A stretch of DNA of 63,780 bases, filler included, from Phoronis australis (taxonomy: Eukaryota > Animalia > Phoronida): the NCBI GenBank assembly GCA_002633005.1. It is 5 parts of 5 records of this genome, joined end to end, with 100 filler letters (N's around TTAATTAATTAA, not from the genome) between each part and the next. Parts side by side here need not be neighbours in the genome. Positions count along the whole stretch, not along the records: positions 1 to 19,121 come from NMRA01001451.1; positions 19,222 to 38,044 come from NMRA01001457.1; 3 more parts are not named here. One strand, 5' to 3'. Positions 13,326 through 23,970 of the stretch are shown here, in pieces (position 1 is the first letter of the stretch; every line of letters begins with the position of its first letter). The translations under genes and the position numbers were made by a program. The notes below the pieces were generated by a model. The model was not told the origin of the DNA. It was given only the letters and a program-made list of their open reading frames with translations, and made no database searches.

Positions 13326-13890
13326 ATGGCAACTCGCAATTCCGACTTAGGACGAGCTAGAGAGCTCATCAGTCCCGACTTCGCAGGTGGATCGTTAAGG
13401 TTTACAGGCTATCAATTCGAACAGGAATACAGTGATGAAGAGAGGCGCCGTGAACAAGCTCAGACAACGAAATGTATGGAGTTATTTGGTTAGCCGGCAC
13501 TTACGTCAGGCACTGTCGACGTCTGCATGCCACAGACACGGAGATGTTTCACGGCCTCATACTTGCTATTTACAGCGCACATTTCATTCTTCACTACCAT
13601 TAGACACTTCCTTAACATTTTGGACTCTCGAGGAAGAAAAAAAAAACGATATACCCGCTTTCCTCGCAGCTGATTACTTCGGACAAGCGGGAACGATGCA
13701 CCGCAACATAGCGGCATTCACTCTGCGTATGAACCACTGACGTCGCTAGCGTCGTTCCTCACCTTCCTCACGGGTTAACGCGACACCTCTTGGCAAGGTA
13801 AGATCAACCGTGTGCGAGGCGCTGTGGATATAGACCGGTTAAGACGGCAAAAAAGACTAATTAAATCGGGTGGCATTCTAGCTCCTTTAA
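13326..13890. mobile_element. Internally deleted Kolobok-like DNA transposon: KolX/P2X7-ballast-like ORF start (+) converging on a THAP-domain ORF start (-)
   Basis: Plus strand 13326-13493 reads MATRNSD...FTGYQFEQEYSDEE. Minus strand from ATG 13709 reads MLRCIVPACPK*..GISFF/LPRESKMLRKCL...HLRVCG (decayed THAP). Right end ...GCTCCT|TTAA fits a Kolobok AGG terminus with TTAA target. Left end not found. Confidence 0.55.
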
Positions 13891-15288
13891 TTCTTGCTCT
13901 CAACTACTCGTAGAGGGCTGTTTGCGAAGTGTCTAGTGTAAGAGTGCCCGTATGTGGTTGGAGTTTTGGTTCTAACGTAAAAGTATTGTGTGATAGGAGT
14001 TTTTGAGTCGTGTGGTACAGTGCACGCCCTTGTTAATTAAGGGTGTGTGTCCACTGTCCACCTCCCGGCCTATACGAAAATGCTCAGCAACCTGGCTTTA
14101 CCAATCTATATAGGCCTAAGCGCTTGAATATGGCGATCATTCGTGTACAGCCGTAAACGACTCCCGTTGCAGCACGTATATGCCATTTAAACAAAATTAA
14201 TAAGGACAAGTAAGTAATTATAAGGAGAGCAGTCCCTTTTTGGCGGAACATCCAACCCCGCTCTTAGCTAGAATACTCCTGTGACGTATTTTACGTCATT
14301 GCCACAGACATTGACAAATTACTGTGGCAAATTTTTGCAAAAACAAACTGTCGAAAATTTGGGACATTGCGACAATTTAGTCCTACAGGGATGGGCGAAA
14401 GTGTCGTCGCGTGTTTGATTTTCATTACGGCACTCTTCTACTCACTGTTGAAGATCACCGACCGGGAACCTGCCACATGGGTTGTCGCACAAACATCGCC
14501 CGTGTAACTCTTCAATAGACATGCTGGCAATTGCCTACAGCCACTTCTCGATCAAACTGTTCAGAGACTGTCAATTTGCAGGTAACTCTACGTGAAGTAA
14601 GTAATCACTCTTCCTCTAGTTTTTCTCCATGCAGGCTACTGATCTGTTTGTCGGGAGGTTCTGAATATTGTTCTGAGATTAGAAATGTAGCTCTGCCACA
14701 TTTATATCCTCGAGGAAGGGCCGTCGTCCCCTCATTTGGGAATGATTTTCCAAAGAATTTTATATTCCGCCGTATGTTGTGGAGTTTCAATTTGAGTAAA
14801 TTTTACGTTGTTTTTGTCTACAAAGAGCGCATGCTGTTACTTTGTTAAATAGGACATACCAACGTCTTCGGGTTCTGTTTTATCAGTCGCTTATCGGGCC
14901 CCACACTTTTTAGGACTGCACCACGGGTTCTTAGTGAGCGAATGTATTGCCGTCGTGTCGTAAGGTGGCAACCACTATTTCCCAAGTGAAATGCTTGCAT
15001 CAAGCTGACCTCTTCTTTTTTTCTCATGTTCACGGATGCCGCCCCCTCCCCCACCCCTAAATCCGGCTTGGAGCCGTTTTAAGTGTCTTGCGCCGTCATA
15101 CACGTGTATGTATCTGGTGATTTGATAGGCTCATAAGATTGGGACTTAGGGCTGTCCCTTTATGATAAGTTACAGGACGCTAATAATCAACCTTGAGATA
15201 CACTATTGTCAGTTGAATGTTTTGCCGGTTTCGTATAATGACGGTCTTATCCTAAAGCCGACTCACCTTTCTTAGGACTTGCCGAGAC

Positions 15289-15489
15289 ATGTTGTTGCGA
15301 CTACTAGGCTCGTTTCTCTCTTTGACACACGTTGCTGGATTTACTTACTACCAAGACGAAGTGCCTAACGGGGATCGCATACCTCACCCATGCAAACCCA
15401 ATTACGTGTGGCCAGGCTTGGGCCACAAGAATGAACTCGGGGGTGGTTCCAGAAACGTGTTCGGATTGGACTTCGCAGCGGCAGGTTAT
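15289..15489 (+). CDS. Temptin-domain secreted protein, coding exon 1 (signal peptide plus temptin N-terminal half)
   Basis: MLLRLLGSFLSLTHVAG-FTYYQDEVPNGDRIPHPCKPNYVWPGLGHKNELGGGSRNVFGLDFAAAGY matches the temptin pattern YQ..IPNG..VP.PC.....GVGH....G.G..N.FG.DF.AAG. Acceptor at 15275, GTAAGT donor, phase 0. Confidence 0.9.
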
Positions 15490-16204
15490 GTAAGTTGTTC
15501 TCAAGTCGTAGCTTTAAAATCATTTCTGTACTTACCGTATAAGACATACCGTGTCGTATTATAACACGTTTTGCATTTGGTCCAGGCTCTTTACGCATGT
15601 TCTAAAATGGGTGGCCCCAATGGCTGCCCTAATTTGGCGGTCATTCCCCTCGGGCCCATCGGCTGAGACATATGTGATTGGTTCCCCGGCCGACGACGAC
15701 TTCCGGCTTAAAAAACCATTCGGATATCTCAACCGATTACTAGGGACTCAGCGGTACCGACGATGCCAAACAAGTGTTGCGTGTTTCGCATCGGGCATAT
15801 ACCAATATTGCCAACTGCCTCGCTTTTGTCTGGACAATCTCGCTTTTAGAAGAACTGTGTCCCGCTGCACCGCCGCGGCATCAAAATGCATGCCTCACTT
15901 GATTTTTGATTTACAGGAAATGCTGGGCCACCTCGAAATATGATTGCGACAGGGGCCACTTGGGCTGCCTTGCGTCACGGAATTCTCCACCGATGGGGTG
16001 AATTTGCCTGGTCGGGTACGGAGCATAACAATGCTGCCACTTGTTTTTGGGTACCACCGACAGGGAACTTATTGCATTCACATTCATTATCGTCAGTCAC
16101 AATTTGATGCAAGATCGGTACTCAGTATGTGCCTTACAACTAGGCTACATGTAATGTTCCCAGAAATGGCACAACACAATACCCTTTCTGTTCATCAAAT
16201 GCTG

Positions 16205-16459
16205 TTATACTTTGTGGAAATCTTCACCAAATCTCTGTTTCAGCGATGTATCGAAGAACGATTCTTCAAAATGGGCTGAGCACAGCCGGCGTGGCCCCTG
16301 AACTGATCGCTTTCTCCATCGCATACTGCCATACCCGTGTCCAGAGCATGGACCTGTACCTTTTTTGGGCCGTCTTGGGTCTTTTGGAAATGCAAAAACT
16401 GAAGTATTGTCTGTCCGATTACTATTACTGCATCCTCTGTATATGCAAATTTTCTTAAT
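16205..16459 (-). pseudogene. THAP zinc-finger remnant of a DNA transposon in temptin intron 1
   Basis: Minus-strand frame IKKICIYRGCSNSNRTDNTSVFAFPKDPRR...RLCSAHFEESFF shows the C-x4-C, FxFP and LCSxHF THAP motifs; no ATG, so it is absent from the ORF track. Confidence 0.7.
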
Positions 16460-17448
16460 ACTCTGTAGAACTCAATTCTCGAGAGCACTCCGTCTCACGA
16501 CTGGTGTAGAACAACAACATGGAGATTGGATTTCCACTTATGACGTCACATACACATTTCATTTTTTTTTTAACCCTTATAAACTTAAAAGTTTTTGCGT
16601 TTCGATTGAAATTACAGAAATTGAAGAAGAAATACTTAAAATATCATACCAAGGTTGTCGGCAACCGAATTCAAGCATTTATGACCATGGTGTAGGGTTT
16701 TACATTTTTTAAAAAGTGGTTATTAACCCACATTTCATGATGTTGATCACCGGTGACTTCAAGACTTGAAAAGAATTGAGAGTCTGTTGTTGCTCGAGAC
16801 AAGATTTTTCAAGTTGGTTTGTTTGTAACGGGTTTTCTTATTATGTGCCGAGCATAACCTCAGGAAACGAACAATGCAAACCATGCGCGCACCGCCCAGC
16901 CTAAAATGTAGGGTGGCTCGAATTTTTGACAATGTGGACCTTTTACTAACAAAAAACGGGCACTAAAGAAAAAAACAGGGTACCCGTTTGGAGCTATGAA
17001 TTGTGCATTCGCGCCCTTTTTAGTGGATTTTTGACTCATTTTCTCGGCCTTTTTGTTTCTCTGAGGTGGATCTTTTTGCCCACTTCGCCAAATGGGAGGC
17101 TCCTTTGAGCCCCCCNNNNNNNNNNNNNNNNNNNNNNNNNNNNNNNNNNNNNNNNNNNNNNNNNNNNNNNNNNNNNGCAAACCAAGAAATCACTTCTCAG
17201 CTGAATGAAGAAAAGTCCGGTCAAATTCCATAGCGCCAAGTGGCCTAAGGAAAAAATTCGCTTCTCGGACGGAACGTGTGCTTAATAGCCGCTTTCATTT
17301 GTGGAAACTCGCCTCGACCAATAACGAGCTGGCAGTTTTTTTCGAAGCCTTGTTATAACCTGCAGTTTCATAACGGCAAGTGGTCTGAATCATTATGAAT
17401 TAGTCTTTGTGATGGACAGCTGCTTTATGGCCACTCTTACATGAAATG

Positions 17449-17506
17449 TGTCGTAGCCGTCGTCGTAGCCGTCGTCGTAGCCGTCGTCGTAGCTGTCGTC
17501 GTCGTC
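17449..17506. repeat. (GTCGTCGTAGCC)n / (GTC)n microsatellite
   Basis: Directly visible; explains the VVAVVV and RRRLRR low-complexity ORFs. Confidence 0.9.
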
Positions 17507-17587
17507 TGTGCAACTCTTTCTTGGTTTTACATGCATAAAAGTAACTTGGGCACTGCCTACTTAAATAACGCAACTGTTTTGTTCCAG

Positions 17588-17681
17588 AAATGGACCAAAG
17601 ACTTGTGCAACAAGGACAGTGATGGCGATGGCAAAACCAACGGAGCAGAGCTGGGTGACCCAAACTGTGTCTGGACTAAAG
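17588..17681 (+). CDS. Temptin-domain protein, coding exon 2
   Basis: TTCCAG acceptor; KWTKDLCNKDSDGDGKTNGAELGDPNCVWTK is the temptin signature WT..LC..DSDGDG..NG.ELGDP.C.W; phase-1 donor. Confidence 0.92.
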
Positions 17682-18610
17682 GTTTGCCGACGATTCTCGC
17701 TGTTGTATAAGGAACACGCATACCCTCAATGCAGTTCCATTAATGTAGATTGCTATCTATTATAGTATTATCCAATGGCACATTGATCTGTTTACCTATA
17801 CTTTAGCCCACTATTTAATTGTTTCTAAATTAAACAATATACCCCTTTGGAGTAGGTGTAGTCTATTTACGTTGACTTCTCTTGTACACAATGTACACTT
17901 GAATTCAAAGCCTATGTGGGCACCAGGATCAGCTGTTTCAACATGATTCGTCATGACAGGCTTGCTGCTTTCGTTTCAAGATGTCATGACTTTATGATTT
18001 GCTTAAACTATAAATTATTTACTTCCTTTGGTAGATCTACACTAGGGTGTCCAAACGACAGATGTCTGTAGTATCCTTAAAAACGAAATGCCGCGCCTTT
18101 TTTGCTCATGATCTCAATCACAGCGCCACCTCTCCTCGTATGTTGCACGCCCACGTGCACGAATGCACCAATTAAGAGCAGTAGGGTCTTAATCCAGTGG
18201 GTGTGCGGTAGTTTAGTTGCCCAATTTTCCCCCCAAAAAATCATGGCATTTGTTTTTTTTTTCTACATTGCTTAACAAATCATGGCGTTTCAAAACCTTG
18301 ACAACCATTGCTTACGTGCCTTTAAAAACATCAAACTTTGGTTAAAATTGATGCATACGGGACGTTTTTTAGTTGTTGAGCACAGGTCTGAAAATGAGTC
18401 GGAGTAAACACCAGAATATGTTCGCTCGGAAATCGGGTTGCCTGCTGATACAGATAGTAGACAATGCATTTACTAAAACTTCTATTTCTGCCGATATGTT
18501 AAACTGTTCACAAGACTATAACTATCTGTAATAATTTTCATAGCGAAAACAGCCTGTGGGTTTACAATCCACACGTACATGAATTCTCTGACCCCCACAG
18601 TACTTTCCAG

Positions 18611-18748
18611 GAAAGAGCCCAGATTCTGCACACGAGCTATCCCATCCGGGTGTCTGTGAACCGGTGGGAGCATCTAAGTGCAACACCACCAACGACTGGA
18701 ACTTCTGCAAGCTGGAGCAATTTACATGCAACGCTACCAGAGACGTAG
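18611..18748 (+). CDS. Temptin-domain protein, coding exon 3 (temptin end plus Cys-rich linker; gene continues beyond the spacer)
   Basis: TTTCCAG acceptor, phase 1; GKSPDSAHELSHPGVCEPVGASKCNTTNDWNFCKLEQFTCNATRDV; G|GTGAGC donor with no stop. Confidence 0.88.
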   Translation, partial: ERAQILHTSYPIRVSVNRWEHLSATPPTTGTSASWSNLHATLPET

Positions 18749-19121
18749 GTGAGCGAAAGGGTTCTTAAACTATAGTACATTTCTGCGTGTTAAAATGTGA
18801 TTATTCAATGCGTACCTTTTCTTAATCAACGCTCTGAGTTAGTTATTCAACGCGCTGAATTGGTTCTTAAACGACTAATAACATTTCTTAACTCGCACTT
18901 TTCTTATTAAAGTCACTATTTCCTTTACTTTCGCCTGCTTAGATCACAAATTGAGCTTTGCCAATCGAAAGATATCACTAAAATTAACTCTTTTCGTAAA
19001 TTACAGCCATGTACACACTCTCGTTATTTTACTATTAATTTTTTTAATTTATAAAAAGTGGGCGGACCTTCAGCCAAACCTCATTATTTATGCGGGGTTG
19101 CCAGTGGAGAGATTACCCATA

Positions 19122-19221
19122 NNNNNNNNNNNNNNNNNNNNNNNNNNNNNNNNNNNNNNNNNNNNTTAATTAATTAANNNNNNNNNNNNNNNNNNNNNNN
19201 NNNNNNNNNNNNNNNNNNNNN
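19122..19221. other. Artificial scaffold spacer N44-TTAATTAATTAA-N44
   Basis: Exactly 100 bp, identical to three other spacers; the 12-mer has stops in all six frames. Confidence 0.95.
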
Positions 19222-20081
19222 TTATAGTAAGAATAATGTTCAAACCATAGAACTCTAGCTAGAGTTCAAACGTACTCTGGTACCCTCGGTAGATACAGGT
19301 CATCTACACCTGTTGCGGGTACCAGCGAAGCTCAAATGTTGCAATTATTGACGTCATAAATGTTTTCTGTTTTGACAGAAATGTACCACTCGCAGTAAAT
19401 TGGTACACTATGGTAAATGTTTATAACAAATATGCATCTTTAAAACTGCTCTTTGCCTCTGTTAATTTGTCAATGTTGAATTCTTAACCGAAGTTCATTG
19501 GGGTTAAAGCCATCAGCACGATAATCAGATCTTGAATTATTGCCGAATGAGCCGACAATTCGAGTTACAGGCAATGCGTAGCCTACAAGCGCCATTTTCG
19601 ATTCTGCTATTTTAGAGTTGGTCTGTAAATGTATATTTTCCGACAGGTCACGTGCCTAGGGTTGACCAATCACAAAAGGCTGTGAAACAATTTCTTGAAT
19701 TGGTAATGATTTCGATGTTCTTGTTGGTACTGAAAATAGAACCATTCATGGTGGGAATATTATTTTGTGAGAGTAAAGTCCTTACTTTAAATCGATTTTC
19801 ACTTTTCAGGCAGCTAAAGAGGGCAAAATACAACTTTAACTGCATTGTTTCTGTACGCAGGACGTTTGTGTTGCATTTACGCAGTTTTCGATATTGCGAA
19901 GTTTTGGCCGTGGTTTAGTTGTATTTTAGATATTTAAGTTAGTATTATCATTAAGATAACCTGGTTATCTCTTCCTGGTAGTACGCATAAAGAAGTTGAA
20001 TTGCTTTCGAAAATGTTTTGCACCAAGCAATGAACATGTCAAAGGTGTATCTGACATCTTTTCTTATTTCTGTTGAATAAG

Positions 20082-20225
20082 CAAATGAATGCCAGTTACG
20101 GAAGGCAATGTGTGTAGCGGATCTTGAGCGTAAGATGTTACTGTTGGATTATAACGGTGAATGCTGTAACAAAGACTGTCCCAAAGATTACGATCCCATC
20201 TGTGGCAGTGACGGGCGAACTTACC
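20082..20225 (+). CDS. Kazal-type protease inhibitor, cassette A internal exon
   Basis: Phase 1-1, 144 nt: NECQLRKAMCVADLERKMLLLDYNGEC-CNKDCPKDYDPICGSDGRTY; Kazal C-x3-C-x2-Y-x-P-x-CGSDG-x-TY-like motif; GTAAGT donor. Confidence 0.85.
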
Positions 20226-20891
20226 GTAAGTAGGCGGTTCCTAAGTAGGCTAATACCGTATATGCCCGCATTTAAGCCCATGCGCCTATACGTGAAGCAT
20301 TGCCTTTATTCGGATTTAAGCACATGCACCTATGCGCCCAACATTTGAGCAAACGATCTTTTTAGGAAAGCAGATGAATAAATCTTGACTTATCCAAAAC
20401 TAAACGGTAGGTTTTGAGTGTTTTCTTTCTAACATTAAATATTTATGTGCAAAATACTTAAAGTCTGCAGAGGTTATGCTAAGGTGTGCGCTTATTAGTG
20501 GGAACTGAACGCATGCGTCTAAATATAAAACCCTTGAGAATTTTTTTTTTATTTTGACTATTAGCAATTGCGTTCAGATACGCGTTCTGTCCTTAACAGG
20601 AGTACTGTATTTTAGATTACTTCCATTTTCAAATCTAAACATTGCCTTATAGTAGTTTGTTTTTTGTTAGAAATGGCCTGGAATTGGAATTGTGACCTCA
20701 ACTCCGACTTCGTGATTGTTTTAAATTTTATACATGTATACCGCTAGCGCTTCAAGTAGGTGATATTCAAATCCAAGACTTGACTTCCCTCAGTTCATAA
20801 AAAGTGTAGATTGACGTTTTAAGTTGAGTAAACTTTGAAGATCCGTCAACATGCGCTGTAAGTTATTATGAATAATCCACTTGTCCTGCAG

Positions 20892-21025
20892 AAAACTTTT
20901 GTCAACTGGAGTCAGCACAATGTATAAAACAAGAGCGAGGTGGATCTTGGATATACGTCATCGCTAGGCGGCCCTGCAAGGGTTTCGACAGGGTCGACAT
21001 GGTGGCTGATTACGTGCACGTGTAA
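20892..21025 (+). CDS. Kazal-type protease inhibitor, cassette A terminal exon
   Basis: CTGCAG acceptor, phase 1; QNFCQLESAQCIKQERGGSWIYVIARRPCKGFDRVDMVADYVHV*; AATAAA at 21073. Confidence 0.75.
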
Positions 21026-22598
21026 CTAAAGACCTGTTAGTATCAGAAATTTATTGGGCAAGATTTTGTGTTAATAAACGCGTTCGTGGCAAAAATTGTG
21101 TTTCACAAATCATCTCGACCGGATTGACGTGTCTACTGGAAAATTGATTTTTGCATGGCATGAAAGCATTGTTCAACACGTCATTAATACTGGAAAAGGT
21201 CCCTTCTTCATAACGTTTCTTGTACATTTTTGCGGAAAATTGTATCGAGATTTTTCTGCATTTTTCCTTGGGCGACCACACCTAATAATTCCGCAATTTT
21301 TCCTGCCTGCGATAAATTTTCAAAATTCCAGAAAGAAAACCCGTATAGAGTTTGACATGGAAGGTAGTCTAAGCAACCTCAAGCAGAACGAGTGGCCGAT
21401 TGAAATTTCCTTGTCAACATATTTGCCTCATATAGTGTCCAAAGAAGGTATACATGTCTTAAACTGGGTGTTATTTAAAGGTTTCATTTTGTTTAATTAC
21501 ACGTCAGTAACATTCATCGTTTTGTCACAGAGAAAAAAAAACTTTCACTCATGCGCATTCTGTCTTACTCAAAACTCAGTCTTTGGTTTCACTCAAGTGT
21601 TTCGCAAATACAGTGCTAAAATGTACGTCTATCCTCTGCTTTTAATCATAATTTCAAGAAAATGAGAAAAACGTATTCATAAATCGTTGTGTTTTGTAGG
21701 AAATTTCTGCTAATTTAGCATACAACTGTACATCGCACGAACTTTGTCTTACGGTGAATAAAAGTAGTTTTAGAAAAACTCTAACAAAGCAGTGGTGCAT
21801 TCTTTCACAAAGATAATGATTGGAGGACAGATACATGCCCTTTGATTGGATCACATCAGTACGAAGATTAGCAGTTTGGTCTGAAACGCTCAATAAATGT
21901 CTATTAATAACAGTGCGTGGTCTTGACAAGGACTCTTGAAGGGACATTCGCTATTACTTGCAACAGGGATGGTCCAAAAGTGGTCCGTTTCAAGACTACG
22001 GCAGGTTATTGTTCAATTCTTCTGATGGAAGAAATCAAATTGCTATCACGCAAAGGAAAATTTGAGACACTTTTGTGAGGGTTAATTGGTCTCGTTGATG
22101 ATTTTCGTAATTAGATTAAATTGGAGCTTTTTTGTGAATCGCTACTCAAATCAACCGTTTCATGTCTTTCGTTTTTGATAAGACATTTTAAGCATTTGAT
22201 TTCCTGCAGGAAACATGCTTGCATGGATCGTGTTCATTTGTTAGTTTCTCTGAAATAAGAATCCAAAACTGCACGTGCTTTTTGATTAGTGTAGGCGCAT
22301 GCGCCTCAACTCGGATATAAGCGTGATGTCACATACAGATGCATGGGCCTCAATGCATGCATAAAGGGTAGACAATAATAGTTACTGTCGGTTAGCATGG
22401 TTATCACTTTAACTCTGAGGAGTGGAAACTTGGATGCGCTCCGATATATTGAATTCGTTGCTTTCTCCGCGTACTTTTTCAAACAAATCAGGAAAATTCG
22501 CTTTTAAATGTAATTTAATTAAATTTCCATTATTTAAAACAAAAGTTTCATTTTGAATTTTGAATCAGCTTGGACAGTCGTTTCCATTTATTTTGTAG

Positions 22599-22745
22599 GG
22601 AATGCGTGTGAAATAAAAGTTGAGGTGTGTCTTGCTCACACGGAGAAAAGAATTGATGCGCTGATCAATTACAGGGGAGAATGTTGCCCCGATACCTGTA
22701 CAGACATGTACGTCCCTGTATGCGGGGACGACGGTCAGACATACA
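22599..22745 (+). CDS. Kazal-type protease inhibitor, cassette B internal exon
   Basis: TTTTGTAG acceptor, phase 1-1, 147 nt: NACEIKVEVCLAHTEKRIDALINYRGEC-CPDTCTDMYVPVCGDDGQTY; GTAGGT donor. Confidence 0.85.
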
Positions 22746-23275
22746 GTAGGTTCCTTCGTTTTGTGAAATGTAATCGTCGAAACTACTTTGCGCGAAATTT
22801 TTCAACTGAGTGACTGTATGCCTAGGAAAATCAGAAATAACGCAAATTTCAAAGTTACATATTATTTTACCAAGAGCTCGCTACCAAAGTTTGTGGGTTT
22901 ACTGAACAAAGCGCGCGTGATGTAAGTTTTTTCTGGGGCCCTGTTGTGCGTGCTGAGCCTCCGAGTTTAACTTTGAAAATCATACGGCGAGCGTTGAACA
23001 ATATCACTCAGTCCCGTATACACAATTAGTGTTACCGTGGTTCTTATTCTTACCATTTTAAACTTCGCACAAGAACACGTAAACAAAGATTAAAAAAAAA
23101 AACGCTTCAGTATGCAACATTTACTAAATGAATTTGCGTACTATTTTGTTCAACGTTCCTTAGCAAAGTCACAACTTCCCTCTATGCTTCGCGTTTCCAC
23201 GCTGGCCGAGAAAAGTCACAGAGAATCAGCACGCTCATATCCGTTTGAACTCGTGATTCAAAAGATGTTATAAAG

Positions 23276-23523
23276 GGGCCCGTTTCAACAAAACTGACTT
23301 AGCTAAGTTATATCTTAAATTTTGGTAAACTTTAAATTAAATGTTAAATTTGTCTCAAAACTAATTGAAGAAAGAGATCTTAAATTTTACTTAAGTGTTT
23401 GACACAAGTTTTGTCTTAACTGTGACTACCTTGCCGAATGTGGAAATTTCAAAGTTTGGAAGTTAAGACAAATCTTAAACTTAAGTCAAAAATGAACTTA
23501 AGTCAGTTTCTTGGAACAGGCCC
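23276..23523. mobile_element. PIF/Harbinger-type MITE
   Basis: TIRs GGGCCCGTTTCAACAAAACTGACTTA / TAAGTCAGTTTCTTGGAACAGGCCC; 3-bp TSD AAG on both sides. Confidence 0.75.
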
Positions 23524-23872
23524 AAGGTCTCTTTTGTCGAAAATCGTCTCTTTTCATTTAGACCTATTTGCGTACATACACTGATCTCAGCTTGTTTATT
23601 ACTTAGATTATTAGTTATTTGTGAGCTTGGAAAACATTTTGTTACCGCCTGAGGTCGCTCGACGCATAAAACAGCACGCCGTGTCCTTGAGTGAAGTAGC
23701 TCTTCTGATCTGAGTAAATAACAACATGATACCAGTAACTAGTGATCTAAACTAAAAGTCATTTTCGAGTGGATCCATAGAAATGAAGAACTTGGCAGTT
23801 TATCTTACATTCTAACACACCACTGTGTGCAGTCCCAAGCATTTGTAAAAATGTTTTCTTTTGTTTCTGTAG

Positions 23873-23970
23873 CCAACATATGTCGGTTAGAGGTCGTCAA
23901 CTGTGTACGAAGAATCAAAGGAAAGATTGAAATTCAATTGTATGACCGCAATGAGTGCAGCTTAAATTAA
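23873..23970 (+). CDS. Kazal-type protease inhibitor, cassette B terminal exon
   Basis: Long pyrimidine tract plus TAG acceptor, phase 1; TNICRLEVVNCVRRIKGKIEIQLYDRNECSLN* supplies Kazal Cys4-6. Confidence 0.8.

Noticed and set aside
18611-20225. Temptin-Kazal fusion protein (phase-1 donor matches phase-1 acceptor)
   Set aside because: An artificial spacer separates the exons, and the Kazal exon starts mid-domain, so it needs a different upstream exon.
21096-21665. 189-aa ORF and the 166-aa ORF at 9024-9524
   Set aside because: No recognisable domain, composition typical of non-coding AT-rich DNA, no splice support.
22210-22239. Possible signal-peptide micro-exon MLAWIVFI for Kazal cassette B
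   Set aside because: Too short for a signal peptide and would join a half Kazal domain; cannot be supported without transcripts.
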